Assembly (NCBI GenBank): GCA_963842525.1
Contig: CAWJGT010000019.1
Coordinates: forward strand, 160,001 to 224,000
Direction of reading: 5' to 3'
DNA: 64,000 bases
From: an uncultured Holophagales bacterium
GTDB lineage: Bacteria; Acidobacteriota; Thermoanaerobaculia; Multivoradales; UBA5704
A program made the position numbers and the translations under genes. Below the pieces are notes generated by a model, which was not told the DNA's origin, did no database searches, and saw nothing but the letters and a program-made list of their open reading frames with translations. Shown in pieces: positions 7,863-17,984 of the stretch (positions within the stretch are counted from its first letter, which is position 1; each line of letters opens with the position of its first letter).

Positions 7863-9386
7863 ATGGGTGGCGAGACACAGCTTTCGGGACCGGATCTGAG
7901 CCAGGGGATTCCGCAGTCGGACCTGCCGGAGGGTGGGCAGGTCGTGGGGCACAGCGGCGGCGAGGCGGTGTTGGTGGTGCGCCGCGGCGAGGACATCTTC
8001 GCGATCGGCGCTCAGTGCACGCACTACGGCGGGCCTCTGGGCGAGGGGCTGGTGGTGGACGACACGGTGCGCTGCCCCTGGCACCATGCATGTTTCAGCC
8101 TGCGTACAGGGGAGGCGGTACGCGCTCCCGCTCTCAACCCGGTGGCCTGTTTTCGGGTGGATCGTGAAGGGGACCGGGTGTTCGTGCGCGACAAGGTGGA
8201 GGTGCGTCCGCACAGGCCGGCGCCCCAGGGAGAGGTGCCGGATCCCGTCGTGATCGTCGGCGCCGGGGGGGCCGGCAACGCGCTTGCGGAGACGCTGCGC
8301 AAGGAAGGGTACAGCGGCCGGATCGTGATGGTCGGCCCGGAGCCGGACACCCCCTACGACCGGCCCAATCTGTCCAAGGACTATCTCGCCGGCAATGCTC
8401 CGGAGGACTGGATCCCCCTCCGTCCGCGCGATTTCTATGACGAGCAGCGGATCGAGCTGATGCTCGGCAGCGGTGTGAAGTCGATCGATCTTGCAGGGAA
8501 GACCGTGGCTCTGGAGGACGGCCGCACGCTGGGCTGGGGCGCCCTGGTCCTCGCCACCGGAGCCGAGCCGGTCCGCTTGTCGATTCCCGGGGCCGACCTT
8601 CCCCACGTCCACCTCCTGCGCTCGCTGGCGGACAGCCGGGCGATCATCGCCAAGGCCGAGGGAGCGAAACGGGCGGTGGTCGTCGGCGCGAGCTTCATCG
8701 GCCTCGAGGTGGCGGCGTCGCTGCGCGCCCGCGGTCTGGAGGTCACGGTCGTGGCTCCGGACGAGCGGCCTCTGGGCCGGGTGATGGGGCCGCAGCTCGG
8801 CGACTTCATCCGCGGCCTCCACGAGGAGCACGGCGTCGTCTTCAAGCTGGGGACCAAGCCGGCGGCCATCACGGGCACGGAGGTGCGCCTGGAGAGCGGC
8901 GAGAGCCTGTCGGCGGACCTGGTGGTCGTCGGCGTCGGCGTGCGCCCGCGCGTCGCTCTCGCCGAAGCGGCCGGCCTTGCCGTGGACAACGGCGTCATGG
9001 TCGACGAGCTCCTGCGCGCCAGCGCTCCGGGAGTCTGGGCGGTGGGAGACATCGCGCGCTGGCCCGACCCTCGCTCGGGGGAGCGCATCCGCGTCGAGCA
9101 CTGGGTGGTGGCCGAGCGCCAGGGCCAGACGGCGGCGCGCAACCTCCTGGGCCGGGGCGAGCGCTTCGATGCCGTTCCGTTCTTCTGGAGCCAGCATTAC
9201 GACGTGGCGATCAACTACGTCGGCCACGCGCCGAAATGGGACGACATCGAGGTGAGCGGATCAGTGGCCGAGCGCAGCGCCGTCGTGACGTTCCGTTCCA
9301 ACGGCCGCACCGCCGCGGTCGCCACTGTCTTCCGTGACAAGGAGAGCCTCGAGGCCGAGGTTGCCATGGAGCGCGAGGCAGGGTGA
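7863..9386 (+). CDS. Rieske [2Fe-2S] - FAD-dependent oxidoreductase fusion (AIF/ferredoxin reductase-like)
   Basis: CTHYG and CPWH Rieske ligands, GAGGAG and GASFIG dinucleotide motifs, RVEHW, PFFWSQHY. ATG 7863 after AAGGAGG. Confidence 0.93.
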   Translation: MGGETQLSGPDLSQGIPQSDLPEGGQVVGHSGGEAVLVVRRGEDIFAIGAQCTHYGGPLGEGLVVDDTVRCPWHHACFSLRTGEAVRAPALNPVACFRVDREGDRVFVRDKVEVRPHRPAPQGEVPDPVVIVGAGGAGNALAETLRKEGYSGRIVMVGPEPDTPYDRPNLSKDYLAGNAPEDWIPLRPRDFYDEQRIELMLGSGVKSIDLAGKTVALEDGRTLGWGALVLATGAEPVRLSIPGADLPHVHLLRSLADSRAIIAKAEGAKRAVVVGASFIGLEVAASLRARGLEVTVVAPDERPLGRVMGPQLGDFIRGLHEEHGVVFKLGTKPAAITGTEVRLESGESLSADLVVVGVGVRPRVALAEAAGLAVDNGVMVDELLRASAPGVWAVGDIARWPDPRSGERIRVEHWVVAERQGQTAARNLLGRGERFDAVPFFWSQHYDVAINYVGHAPKWDDIEVSGSVAERSAVVTFRSNGRTAAVATVFRDKESLEAEVAMEREAG

Positions 9387-9389
9387 GAG

Positions 9390-9564
9390 CCCTCACCCCC
9401 GACCCCTCCCATCCGCACTCACACCCGCCCGGGAGAGGGGAGCCCCCACCCAGAAGCTTCCTGAGAGTGTATTTCCCCCCTCTCCCGGGGGAAGGGAGTG
9501 CGGATGGGAGAGGCGCCGGGGGTGAGGGCTCTGCGCGCCGCCGCACGACTTTTAAGATACCCTC
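9390..9564. mobile_element. CCCTCACC-family REPIN (9390-9528) plus one IS5-like terminus (truncated MITE)
   Basis: Inverted arms CCCTCACCCCC...GGGGGTGAGGG. Spacer nearly identical (inverted) to the 21083 copy. GACTTTTAAGATACCCTC (9547-9564) followed by TTA. Confidence 0.7.
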
Positions 9565-9607
9565 TTAGCCTTCGCACGCGTGCGCAAAAGGAAAAGGGAG
9601 GTGCGGG

Positions 9608-10468
9608 ATGCGGCTGGCGGTCTTTCAGGTGCCGTACGATTCAGGGCGCTACGGAGAGCGGGCGGGCAAGGGGCCTCTCCATCTGGTCGATCGGGGGTTG
9701 ATCGAGCAGCTCGGGCGCAAGGGGCATGACGTCGAGCTCGTCCCGATCCACCTCGGCGAAGGATTTTCCGTGGAGGTCGGGTCCGCGGTCGAGATCCAGC
9801 GGCTCCTCTCCCGGCGGGTCTCGGCGGCCCGCGCCGACGGACGGCTGCCGATCGTGCTCTCCGGCAACTGCAATGTCTCGGTGGGCGTCCTCGGCGCGGT
9901 GTCGCCGGGTGCGACCGGCGTGGTCTGGCTCGATGCGCACGGCGACTTCAACACGCCCGAGACGTCGCCGTCGGGGTTCTTCGACGGCATGTCGCTGTCG
10001 ATCGTCACCGGCGGCTGCTGGCGCGCGCTGGCCGCCACGGTCCCGGGGTTCAGCCCGGTGGCCGAGCAGGACGTGGTCCTCGTCGGCGCGCGCGACCTGG
10101 ACGTCGAGGAGGAGCACCGGCTCGACTTCTCGCAGGTGCGCCGGGTGGGCGTCGACGCCCTGCGGCAGGACGGCGTGGCCATGGCGCTGGCCCATCCTCT
10201 GGAAGAGATTGCGGGGCGCCGGCCTCTGGCCTACCTGCACATCGACCTGGACGTGCTCGATCCCACCGAGCTGAAGGCCAACGTCTTCTCCGTTCCGGGA
10301 GGTCTGAGCCTCCCGGAGGCGGTCGAAGTGGTGCTGGAGGTGGGGGAGCGGTTCGAGATCGCCGCGGTGTCGCTGACCGCCTACGACCCCGAGCACGACC
10401 GGGAAGATCGCGGACCCCGGGTCGCCGCGGAGCTGGTCGAGGCGGTGCTCGCAGCGGCCCGGGGGTGA
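9608..10468 (+). CDS. Arginase/ureohydrolase family protein
   Basis: DAHGDFNTPETSPSG and HIDLDVLDP metal motifs. GNCN replaces the canonical GGDH. Confidence 0.9.
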   Translation: MRLAVFQVPYDSGRYGERAGKGPLHLVDRGLIEQLGRKGHDVELVPIHLGEGFSVEVGSAVEIQRLLSRRVSAARADGRLPIVLSGNCNVSVGVLGAVSPGATGVVWLDAHGDFNTPETSPSGFFDGMSLSIVTGGCWRALAATVPGFSPVAEQDVVLVGARDLDVEEEHRLDFSQVRRVGVDALRQDGVAMALAHPLEEIAGRRPLAYLHIDLDVLDPTELKANVFSVPGGLSLPEAVEVVLEVGERFEIAAVSLTAYDPEHDREDRGPRVAAELVEAVLAAARG

Positions 10469-10644
10469 GGGGCCAGCTCCAATGCTGTTTGGAGAAAGAA
10501 GCCCAGAGAGTCTACCTGCGAGCTCGTAAAGCGTCCAACCTGGGAGAGCTTTCGTGGTCCGTGTCACGCGGACCATGGTCCCTCCGAGGGGGTTTTGGAA
10601 AGTCCTGGCGCAGGCGGGGCCAATCGTCCTATCCTGCTCGCAGC

Positions 10645-11316
10645 ATGGCCGGCAAGCTCCTTGTGGTCGCGACGCCGATCGGCAACCTGGACGACCTGTC
10701 TCCACGCGGGCGTGCCGCCTTCGAGGAGGCCGACCTCGTCGCCTGTGAGGACACCCGTCACACGGGCCGCCTCCTGGCCCATTTCGGGATCAGGAAGCCG
10801 CTTGTCTCCCTCCACGAGCACAACGAGCGGCAACGCCTCCCTCGTCTCCTTGCCGATCTGGAGGAGGGGAAGACGATCGCGGTGGCGAGCGACGCCGGGA
10901 CCCCTCTGCTCTCCGATCCAGGCTTCCTCCTGGTCCGCGAGGCCGCGGCGCGAAGCATCCGCGTCGAGGCCATCCCCGGCCCGTCGGCGCTCCTCACGGC
11001 GTTGGTCGCCTCGGGCCTCCCGCCGTACCCCTTCACCTTTGCCGGCTTCCCTCCTCCCAAGTCCGGCAAGCGGCGCAACTTCTACAAAGGTTGGGCCGAG
11101 CTGGGCCACACCCTGATCCTCTTCGAGTCCCCCCACCGCCTCCTTGCCAGCCTGGCGGATGCCCTCACGGAGCTTGGGGACCGGCCGGTCGCCGTCGCCC
11201 GGGAGCTGACCAAGATGCACGAGGAGGTGCTGCGGGGGAAGCTCTCGGAGGTCCTTGAAGAGCTGAAGGGCAGGCAGGCGCTCAAGGGGGAATTCGTGGT
11301 GGTAGTGGGAAGCTAG
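10645..11316 (+). CDS. rsmI: 16S rRNA (cytidine1402-2'-O)-methyltransferase
   Basis: VVATPIGNLDDLS, CEDTR, SDAGTPLLSDPG, FESPHRL, ARELTKMHEE. Confidence 0.96.
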   Translation: MAGKLLVVATPIGNLDDLSPRGRAAFEEADLVACEDTRHTGRLLAHFGIRKPLVSLHEHNERQRLPRLLADLEEGKTIAVASDAGTPLLSDPGFLLVREAAARSIRVEAIPGPSALLTALVASGLPPYPFTFAGFPPPKSGKRRNFYKGWAELGHTLILFESPHRLLASLADALTELGDRPVAVARELTKMHEEVLRGKLSEVLEELKGRQALKGEFVVVVGS

Positions 11317-11325
11317 AATCCCCGG

Positions 11326-12565
11326 ATGAGCCGCCGCATCGCTCTGGGCCTTCTCCTGGCTCTGGCCCTTTGCGCAGTCCTGGAAGGTGTTGCACGGCTG
11401 GTGCAGCAGCCCCGGCCTCCTACCGGGCTGGAGTGGATGGAGCATTCCGCCCAACTCGGCTGGCGCAATCGGCCGGAGTTCCGCGGCACGGCCTTCGATG
11501 CCGAGCGCACGCTCGATGAGAATGGCCTCTTCACTGTGGACTCGGCTGCCGCCACGCCGGAAGAGCGGGCAGGCAAGCGGCTGGTCCTGCTGCTCGGCGA
11601 TTCGCGCACCTTCGGCAACGGTGTTTCGACGGAGGAGACCTATGGGGAGGTCCTCGACCGCAGCCTGCCCGGCTTCGAGGTGATCAACCGGGGGGTCCCC
11701 GGATACTCGTCTTTCCAGGGCCGGGCCTTCCTGGAGATCGACGCTCCGCGCTTCCGTCCCGACGTCGTCGTCTTTGCCTTCGGCTTCAACGATCGCCGCT
11801 ACGTGCTGCGCCCCGAGGAGGTGGACGGCGAGGATCGCTTCCGGCGGCTGGCGCGCCGGGCCTCCTGGGCCCGCTTGGCGGGCTCGCTTGCGCTCGTGGA
11901 CCTCCTCGGGGGACATCCTTCGGGCGAGCCCGGCGCCGTAGAGAAGCCTCTCGATCTCGGCACTGTCCTCCCGCGGGTCTCACCGGCGAGCTTCCGCAGA
12001 AATCTCGAAGCCGCGGCCCGGTACTGCGCCGAGCACGGGATCCGGCTCGTCTTCCTCCTCCTGGACGACAACCCGGCCGACACCCGGGAAGCTCGACAAT
12101 GGCGTGCGGGGTCTGAAGGCGGGGCGCCTGGCAGAGGCCGAGCGGGCACTGCGCGCCGCGATCCTGGACGACGACGACAAGTTCTCGGATGCCGCCCGGC
12201 TCCAGCTCGCCGCACTCTACGATCGGGCCGGCCGTCGACAGGAAGCAGCCGCGGTCCGGGTCAGCCCCCGGACCTTCTATTCCGTTACCGGGGGATATCC
12301 CATCCTGTCCCAGCAGGACTACCGCGCGATCACCCTGGAGGTCGCGGCACGGTATGGCGTCCGCGCCGTGGATGCGGGTGCGGTCCTGGGCCGGCATCCC
12401 GAGTGGTACCTCGATTTCTGCCACTTCGGCCGCGACGGTCACCGTGCAGTGGCCGGGTTGCTCGCTGCCGAGCTGACATCAGGGCGCTGGACGCCGTTGA
12501 AGCCAGAAGAGCGCGATCCCGACCGAGCCGGCGCCCATGAACATCTCCAGCTTGCGCAGAAATGA
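11326..12565 (+). CDS. SGNH/GDSL hydrolase family membrane-anchored protein (frameshift near 12088-12090)
   Basis: LLGDSRTFG, NRGVPGYSS and FGFND in the first frame; DFCHF catalytic block in the 12104-12565 frame. Removing one G of CGGG rejoins them. Confidence 0.75.
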
Positions 12566-12733
12566 GGGTGCTCGCACACCGGCCCAGGTCTCCAGGACGG
12601 TGTAGCAGCCTCTCTCCCTTCCGGTGACCGGATCGTAGTGGCTCACGGTAAAGCTCAGCGAGTCCCAGAGCAGCCATCCTCCCAGGCAGGCCGTCAGCAG
12701 GGCGGCCGGCAGGATAAGGAGCCATCGCCTCAA
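12479..12733 (-). CDS. Small two-TM hypothetical membrane protein
   Basis: TTG overlapping the upstream stop (TTGA); two hydrophobic segments; 84 aa. Confidence 0.55.
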   Translation of the reverse strand: MRRWLLILPAALLTACLGGWLLWDSLSFTVSHYDPVTGRERGCYTVLETWAGVRAPSFLRKLEMFMGAGSVGIALFWLQRRPAP

Positions 12734-13593
12734 GGGTTCACCTCCCCGGCAGGCAGCCGGGAGAAGGAGGTCAACTCGATCCCCGCCTCCCGCAGCAGCT
12801 CCGGCAGGCGCGGATCGCACAGCGCCGCCGTCTCCTCGTCCCAGCCGTAGCCCCAAGCATACTCGGCGGCGAGCGCATCCCCGCCCAGCCCCGGATGGCA
12901 GACGAATTCGGTGAGGTGGCCGGCGCCCTCCAGGCTGCGCCGCAGCCTCTCGACGGTGAGATGCCCAGCCTCCAGGACGCCGATCGTCCGCTCCGGGGCG
13001 GCCGGCCGGCGGGCGCTCTCCCACCGGCGCCGGGCTCGCCTCCCGAAGTGGTTGAGGACGGCGAGCTGGGCCGACCGGAGGCTCCAGGCCCCCGAGACCG
13101 CCGGCTCGTTCGGCAGCCGGACGTAGGGGATGCCGTGCTCTGCGGTCAGGCGGAGGACCACCTCGAAGACCTTCGGCAGCACGTGCAGGTGCTGATGGCT
13201 GTTGGCGTGGACGACCCGCAGGCCGGTGGCGAGCAGCCTCTCGATCTGCCGGCGCAGCTCGGTTTCGACCTGCACCGAGTCGACGCCGCCCAGAAAGTAG
13301 CGTGTGGCGAAGGCCCGGAAGCCGGGCAGGAAGGCGCCGTTCGGGCCCAGGAGCGAGCGGACCTCGTCCGGCGGCGCGAGCGGGCGTTCCTCCACGAGGA
13401 CCAGGTGGATGCCCACGTCCAGCCCATTGAGCCCGGACCGGTCGCGCAGCCTGTCAACGGCGTCCTCGAAGGCGCGGCCGTTGGCGGCCACGCTCACCGC
13501 CGTGACGATCCCGCCGTCGTGCGCCGCCAGGGCCCCGCGCGTCATGCCGGGGTGCAGGCCCACGTCGTCGGCGGTGACGATCAGCTTTTTCAA
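12730..13593 (-). CDS. YdjC/ChbG/HpnK family deacetylase
   Basis: LIVTADDVG, GIHLVL, HANSHQHLH, EFVCHPG. TTG coupled to the GT2 stop. Confidence 0.92.
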   Translation of the reverse strand: MKKLIVTADDVGLHPGMTRGALAAHDGGIVTAVSVAANGRAFEDAVDRLRDRSGLNGLDVGIHLVLVEERPLAPPDEVRSLLGPNGAFLPGFRAFATRYFLGGVDSVQVETELRRQIERLLATGLRVVHANSHQHLHVLPKVFEVVLRLTAEHGIPYVRLPNEPAVSGAWSLRSAQLAVLNHFGRRARRRWESARRPAAPERTIGVLEAGHLTVERLRRSLEGAGHLTEFVCHPGLGGDALAAEYAWGYGWDEETAALCDPRLPELLREAGIELTSFSRLPAGEVNP

Positions 13594-14363
13594 GAGCGCG
13601 ACGGGCTGGCCGCGGGCGCGGTAGGTGACGTAGCGTCGGGCTGCTCCCGGCGCCGCGGGTGGCGCATCTCGGGGTAGAGGCGGACCAGCTCGCGGAAGAT
13701 CTTGAGGATCACCGCCGGCGAGGAGAGGGTCGATCGGCCGCGCGTCCGGGGGAAGTAGTCGAGGCCGAGCTGCTGGATCACGAAGCCGAGGTTCTTCGCC
13801 TTGACGATCAGCTCGGCGTCGATGAGCGAGCCCTCCGACCGCAGCTCGACCGCCTCCAGCACCTCGCGGCGCATCAGCTTGAAGGAGAAATTGATGTCGC
13901 GGTGCGGCCAGCCGAAGAGGAGGCCGATCAGGGTGTTGTAGAAATAGGAGTAGACCGTCCGCCGGAAGCCCTCGGCGGTACGGTCGAGCCGGTAGCCCGC
14001 GATGAGGTCGGCCCGCGTGACGTCCAGCGCCCGGATCGCCCGGATCAGGTCGTGCGGATCGAACGGCAGGTCGGCGTCCATGTAGAGGGCCAGGTCCTTG
14101 GCGACCGCTGCATAGCCGGTGCGGAGGGTCGCGCCCAGCTTGCGGTTGACCTCGTGCTGCAGCAGGCGGATGCGCGGATCGGCCGCGGCCCTGCGGCGGA
14201 CGATCTCGGGCGAGCGGTCGGTCGATGCATCGTCCACGATGAGGACCTCGTAGTCGCCGCCATAGGCTTCGAGCGCCGCGACAGCGCAGTCGAGGGCGTG
14301 CTCGATGCTCTCCTCTTCGTTGAACATCGGGATGACGAGCGAGACGGACCACGGCCTTGGCAT
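13590..14363 (-). CDS. GT2 polyprenyl-phosphate glycosyltransferase (DPM1/ArnC-like)
   Basis: SLVIPMFNEE, VDDASTDRS, YMDADL, DINFSFKLMRR. Confidence 0.92.
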   Translation of the reverse strand: MPRPWSVSLVIPMFNEEESIEHALDCAVAALEAYGGDYEVLIVDDASTDRSPEIVRRRAAADPRIRLLQHEVNRKLGATLRTGYAAVAKDLALYMDADLPFDPHDLIRAIRALDVTRADLIAGYRLDRTAEGFRRTVYSYFYNTLIGLLFGWPHRDINFSFKLMRREVLEAVELRSEGSLIDAELIVKAKNLGFVIQQLGLDYFPRTRGRSTLSSPAVILKIFRELVRLYPEMRHPRRREQPDATSPTAPAASPSRS

Positions 14364-14375
14364 GATGGCATCACC

Positions 14376-16235
14376 TCAGCGGTCGAGCTGCTCCACGTCG
14401 AGGAGCTGCACGGCCAGTCGGCGCCGGTCGGCGGCGTTGAGACCGGCCTCCGCCGGCACGAAGGATGCGCTCGACCGGAACGAGATGTCCACTGTCTCGG
14501 CGGCGGGGAGCGGCAGCACGAGCCGCTGCTGCTCTCCGCGCCGGACCTCCACGGAGGCGCCGGAGGCCCCGTCCACCGAGAGATCGACCCGGACGGACGG
14601 CCAGGGTGCCAGCTTGGACAGGCCCAGCGTCAGGGCGACGGCACGGTTCCCATGCGGGAAGACGCGGATCACGGCCTCGGGCTCCATCCATCGCCAGCCG
14701 CGCTCCCGGACGGTGGGCTCGTAGTCGTGGACTCCGCGCACCGCCTGATAGCGCCGGCGGGGCGGAACCGGGCTCACCGTGACCACACGGTAGAGGCCGC
14801 GGGTGAGCTTGCCGTACGCATCGCTCGCCGGCCACTGAAACGTCAGCGCCCCCTCCCAGCCGCTCGTCCCATCCCCGTAGAGGAAGGCCGGCATGCCCCG
14901 CCGGCCGGGATGGCGTTGGAGCCCTTCCTCCACCGGGTAGCGGGTGCGCCGAGGGATGAGATAGGAGGCATGTGCGGCGAGGTCTTTGTCGACCAGGACC
15001 ACCGTGCCGGCGGGAGCCGACTCCCGGATCCAGCGTGCCGCCTGCGCCGGCGGCGAGTCGGTCGTGGTCCGGGCCACGAGGAGGGGCCAGGCGAACGCCA
15101 CGCAGCCGGCGGCGATCAGCGCGGTAGCCCCGTAAGCCGTGGCCGGCACCCGGAGACGCCGCGCCAGAGCCTCGCATCCGATTCCGGCGGCAAACGCGAC
15201 TCCGAGCAGGGCCGGCAGCGCATAGCGGACGCCGTCGTCGGGGTTCATGACCAGGAGACAGAACGCCAGCTCGATCGCCGTCAGGACGGCGAGCGGCAGG
15301 ACGCGCCGGTTGCGGATCAGGAGGACGGAGCCGACCGCCGCCAGGGCGAGCACCGGCAGCGACGTCCAGCGGTCCCCCCAGGGATGAGCCACGAAACGGG
15401 ACGCGATCCGGATCGCCGACCGGCCCGCCCGGGGGAGGTCCGCATCGTAGGTCACGACGAGCCCGGCCTGCTTGCCGAGCAGCGCCAGGAGGCCGGAGAC
15501 GCCGCCCACCGCGGAGACCAGAGGGACGAACCAGAGCAGCGAGACGGCCGTAAAGGCGGAGATGGCGCCGATCGCCGTGGCGATCCGCCGCCGGCTCGGG
15601 GCGAGCCAGAGAGCCGCCGCCGTCATGGGCAGGACCGAGAGGCAGAGCTGCGGCCGGCAGCCGATCGCCGCCGAAGCGAAGACTCCGAGGGCGAGCGCCG
15701 GACGCAGCGAAGCGCTCTCCGGCAGGCGCGCGGCAGCGGCCAGGGCGAGCGACAGGAACATCAGCGCCGGCCCGTCGGACAGCGCCAGCGGACCGTAGAC
15801 CAGCATCGAAGGCATGAAGTGGAAGAGCAGGGCTCCCGCCACCGCGGCCCGCTCGGCTGCCGCCATCCTCTCCACCGGCATTCTCTCTGCCGGCACCTGG
15901 TCCGCAGGGAGGGCGAAGCGGCGGAAGGCCGAGACGAGCGCGGCATAGGAAACCAGCGATGCGATCACGTTGAGGGCCACGAGGCTGACGAACGGATCGC
16001 CCACGAGCATATTGACCAGCTTGCCCAGGCCGATGAGGAGCGGATAGCCCGGCGGGTGCGGGCTGTGGTGGAGGGGGTCGAAGTGCAGGATGCCCCGGAC
16101 GAAGAGGATCTCGTCCCACTCCCAGAGGCTCCGCGGGAGGGTGAGCAGGCGTACCGCGGCCACCGCGAAGAAACCGAGGATCGCGGCCGGAGACGGGCGC
16201 ACCCGTGCGAAGAGCGGACGTGTCGAGGCCTGCAT
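14376..16235 (-). CDS. Multi-TM GT-C-like glycosyltransferase with extracellular C-terminal domain
   Basis: WEWDE in the first loop, HPPGYPL motif, about ten TM helices, RYALP motif, soluble C-terminal domain. Confidence 0.7.
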   Translation of the reverse strand: MQASTRPLFARVRPSPAAILGFFAVAAVRLLTLPRSLWEWDEILFVRGILHFDPLHHSPHPPGYPLLIGLGKLVNMLVGDPFVSLVALNVIASLVSYAALVSAFRRFALPADQVPAERMPVERMAAAERAAVAGALLFHFMPSMLVYGPLALSDGPALMFLSLALAAAARLPESASLRPALALGVFASAAIGCRPQLCLSVLPMTAAALWLAPSRRRIATAIGAISAFTAVSLLWFVPLVSAVGGVSGLLALLGKQAGLVVTYDADLPRAGRSAIRIASRFVAHPWGDRWTSLPVLALAAVGSVLLIRNRRVLPLAVLTAIELAFCLLVMNPDDGVRYALPALLGVAFAAGIGCEALARRLRVPATAYGATALIAAGCVAFAWPLLVARTTTDSPPAQAARWIRESAPAGTVVLVDKDLAAHASYLIPRRTRYPVEEGLQRHPGRRGMPAFLYGDGTSGWEGALTFQWPASDAYGKLTRGLYRVVTVSPVPPRRRYQAVRGVHDYEPTVRERGWRWMEPEAVIRVFPHGNRAVALTLGLSKLAPWPSVRVDLSVDGASGASVEVRRGEQQRLVLPLPAAETVDISFRSSASFVPAEAGLNAADRRRLAVQLLDVEQLDR

Positions 16236-16270
16236 AGCGGGACGAGAGGCGCGGATTATATCCTCTCCGC

Positions 16271-16915
16271 ATGCCAATTGGGTTCGTCGACGCTTTCTCC
16301 CTGATCCGCCGTGCGTCTGCAGGAGCGCCGCTGCCGGCCCGCGCCCACGTCCTCGGGCGGTTCCTCACCTGCCCCTTCCTGCGGGTTCTCGACTTCCTGC
16401 CGCCGGGAGCGCGCGTCCTCGACCTCGGCGCCGGGCATGGCACCTTCGCGCGTCTCGCCGTCGAGCATCGTGCCGCGCGGGTGGTCGCCGTCGAGCCGGA
16501 TCTGCAGAAAGTCCTGTCCACCTTCCGGCATCCAAGCATCGGCTTCGTGTCGGGCTACGGCGACGCGGTCTCGGGGGAGTTCAACGCCGTGACGGTCTTC
16601 GACGTCCTCTGCCGCGTGCCGATCTCCGGCTGGGAAGCGATCCTCCGGACGGCCTTCGACCGGCTGGCTCCGGGAGGGATCTTCCTGTTGAAGGAGATCG
16701 ACCCCGAGCACCGCCTCAAGGGCATGTGGAACCGCACCCAGGAGCGGATTGCGGACCTCCTCGGGATGACCCTGGGGGATGCCTTCAGCTACGAGACCCG
16801 CGAGCAGGTCCGCGCCCGCCTCGAACGCCTCGGCTTCGATCGTTTCGAGGCGATCGACCTCGGCGCCGGCTATCCCCATGCCCACATCCTCTACCTGGCG
16901 CGGCGGCCGGGATAG
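16271..16915 (+). CDS. Class I SAM-dependent methyltransferase
   Basis: VLDLGAGHG motif I, LAPGGIFLL. Confidence 0.85.
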   Translation: MPIGFVDAFSLIRRASAGAPLPARAHVLGRFLTCPFLRVLDFLPPGARVLDLGAGHGTFARLAVEHRAARVVAVEPDLQKVLSTFRHPSIGFVSGYGDAVSGEFNAVTVFDVLCRVPISGWEAILRTAFDRLAPGGIFLLKEIDPEHRLKGMWNRTQERIADLLGMTLGDAFSYETREQVRARLERLGFDRFEAIDLGAGYPHAHILYLARRPG

Positions 16916-16928
16916 GAACGGCGCCGGG

Positions 16929-17654
16929 TCAGCTCTCCCGCAACATCTCCGCCGCCTCGGCCGGTCCGACCTCCAGGGTCCAGGGCCCCTGCCGCGTCGG
17001 CTGGCGCATCGCGCGCTCGAGCAGCGTGAGGAAGCGGGACCGCGGCCACTCCACGGCACCGAAGCTGGCGAGGTGCTCGGTGTAGCTCTGGCAGTCCACC
17101 AGGTCGAAGCCCCAGCACATGAGGTTGGCGACCAGGGTGGCGAAGGCGACCTTCGAGGCGTTGGGGACCTCCGCGACCATCGATTCGCCGAAGAAGACCG
17201 ATCCCAGGGAGATGCCGTAGAGGCCGCCGGCGAGCTTGCCGTCCTGCCAGGCCTCGATGGAGTGGGCGAGCCCTTCCTTGTGCAGGGCGGTGTAGCCGGA
17301 GATCATGTCCCTGGAGATCCAGGTGCCGTCCTGGCCCGGACGGGGCTTGCGGGCACAGGCCTGCATGACCTCGCGGAAGGCCGTGTCCGCCCTGACCTCG
17401 AAGGCGCCGCGGCGCATCTCCTTGCGCAGCGAGCGGGAGACGTGGGTCTCCTCCGGCACCAGGACGAAGCGCGGGTCGGGGCAGAACCAGAGGAGCGGCA
17501 CCCCCGCGTGCGGCCAGGGGAAGATCCCCCGCCCATACGCCTCCTTCAGGGTCGCGGCATCGGGCCGTCCCCCCACCGCGATCACGCCCTCGGGCGAGGC
17601 CCAACTCGCGGGAGGGAAGAGGATGCGTCGGCGGCGGGCGAGGAAGGACGGCAT
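16929..17654 (-). CDS. aat: Leucyl/phenylalanyl-tRNA--protein transferase
   Basis: AYGRGIFPW, LWFCPDPR, GTWI, AHSIEAW, GGLYG, FFGESM, NASKVA, DCQSYTEHLASFGA. Confidence 0.96.
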   Translation of the reverse strand: MPSFLARRRRILFPPASWASPEGVIAVGGRPDAATLKEAYGRGIFPWPHAGVPLLWFCPDPRFVLVPEETHVSRSLRKEMRRGAFEVRADTAFREVMQACARKPRPGQDGTWISRDMISGYTALHKEGLAHSIEAWQDGKLAGGLYGISLGSVFFGESMVAEVPNASKVAFATLVANLMCWGFDLVDCQSYTEHLASFGAVEWPRSRFLTLLERAMRQPTRQGPWTLEVGPAEAAEMLRES

Positions 17655-17750
17655 GCGGCTCCCCGGGATTATAGGAGCCAAGCAGGATGAAACAGGCGCA
17701 CAGTAGGCCGTGTCTGAGTCCGTGGTATGACTCCGGCTTCGGGAGGACAG

Positions 17751-17984
17751 ATGCGCATTACCAGCAAGGGGCAGGTCACAATTCCCGTCGAAATCCGAGA
17801 GCGCCTGGGATTCTTGCCTCACACCGAGGTGCGCTTCGAGGTGGAAGGCAACGCCGTCCGGATCATCCGTGCGGAGACATCAGCCGGAGGTCGGGGACAG
17901 AGGCTGTTGGACCGGATGCGGGGGCGGGCCACATCGGGGATGAGCACCGGGGAGATCATGGCTCTGACACGCCAGGAAAACTGA
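17751..17984 (+). CDS. AbrB/MazE/SpoVT-family antitoxin (VapB-like)
   Basis: MRITSKGQVTIPVEIRERLG; GGAGG RBS. Confidence 0.93.
   Translation: MRITSKGQVTIPVEIRERLGFLPHTEVRFEVEGNAVRIIRAETSAGGRGQRLLDRMRGRATSGMSTGEIMALTRQEN

Noticed and set aside
12085-12095. Programmed frameshift in the SGNH gene (also the kinase at ~18930)
   Set aside because: Single extra base in a short homopolymer with no slippery heptamer, and similar defects recur in unrelated intact genes. Long-read error is more likely; read pile-ups would decide.
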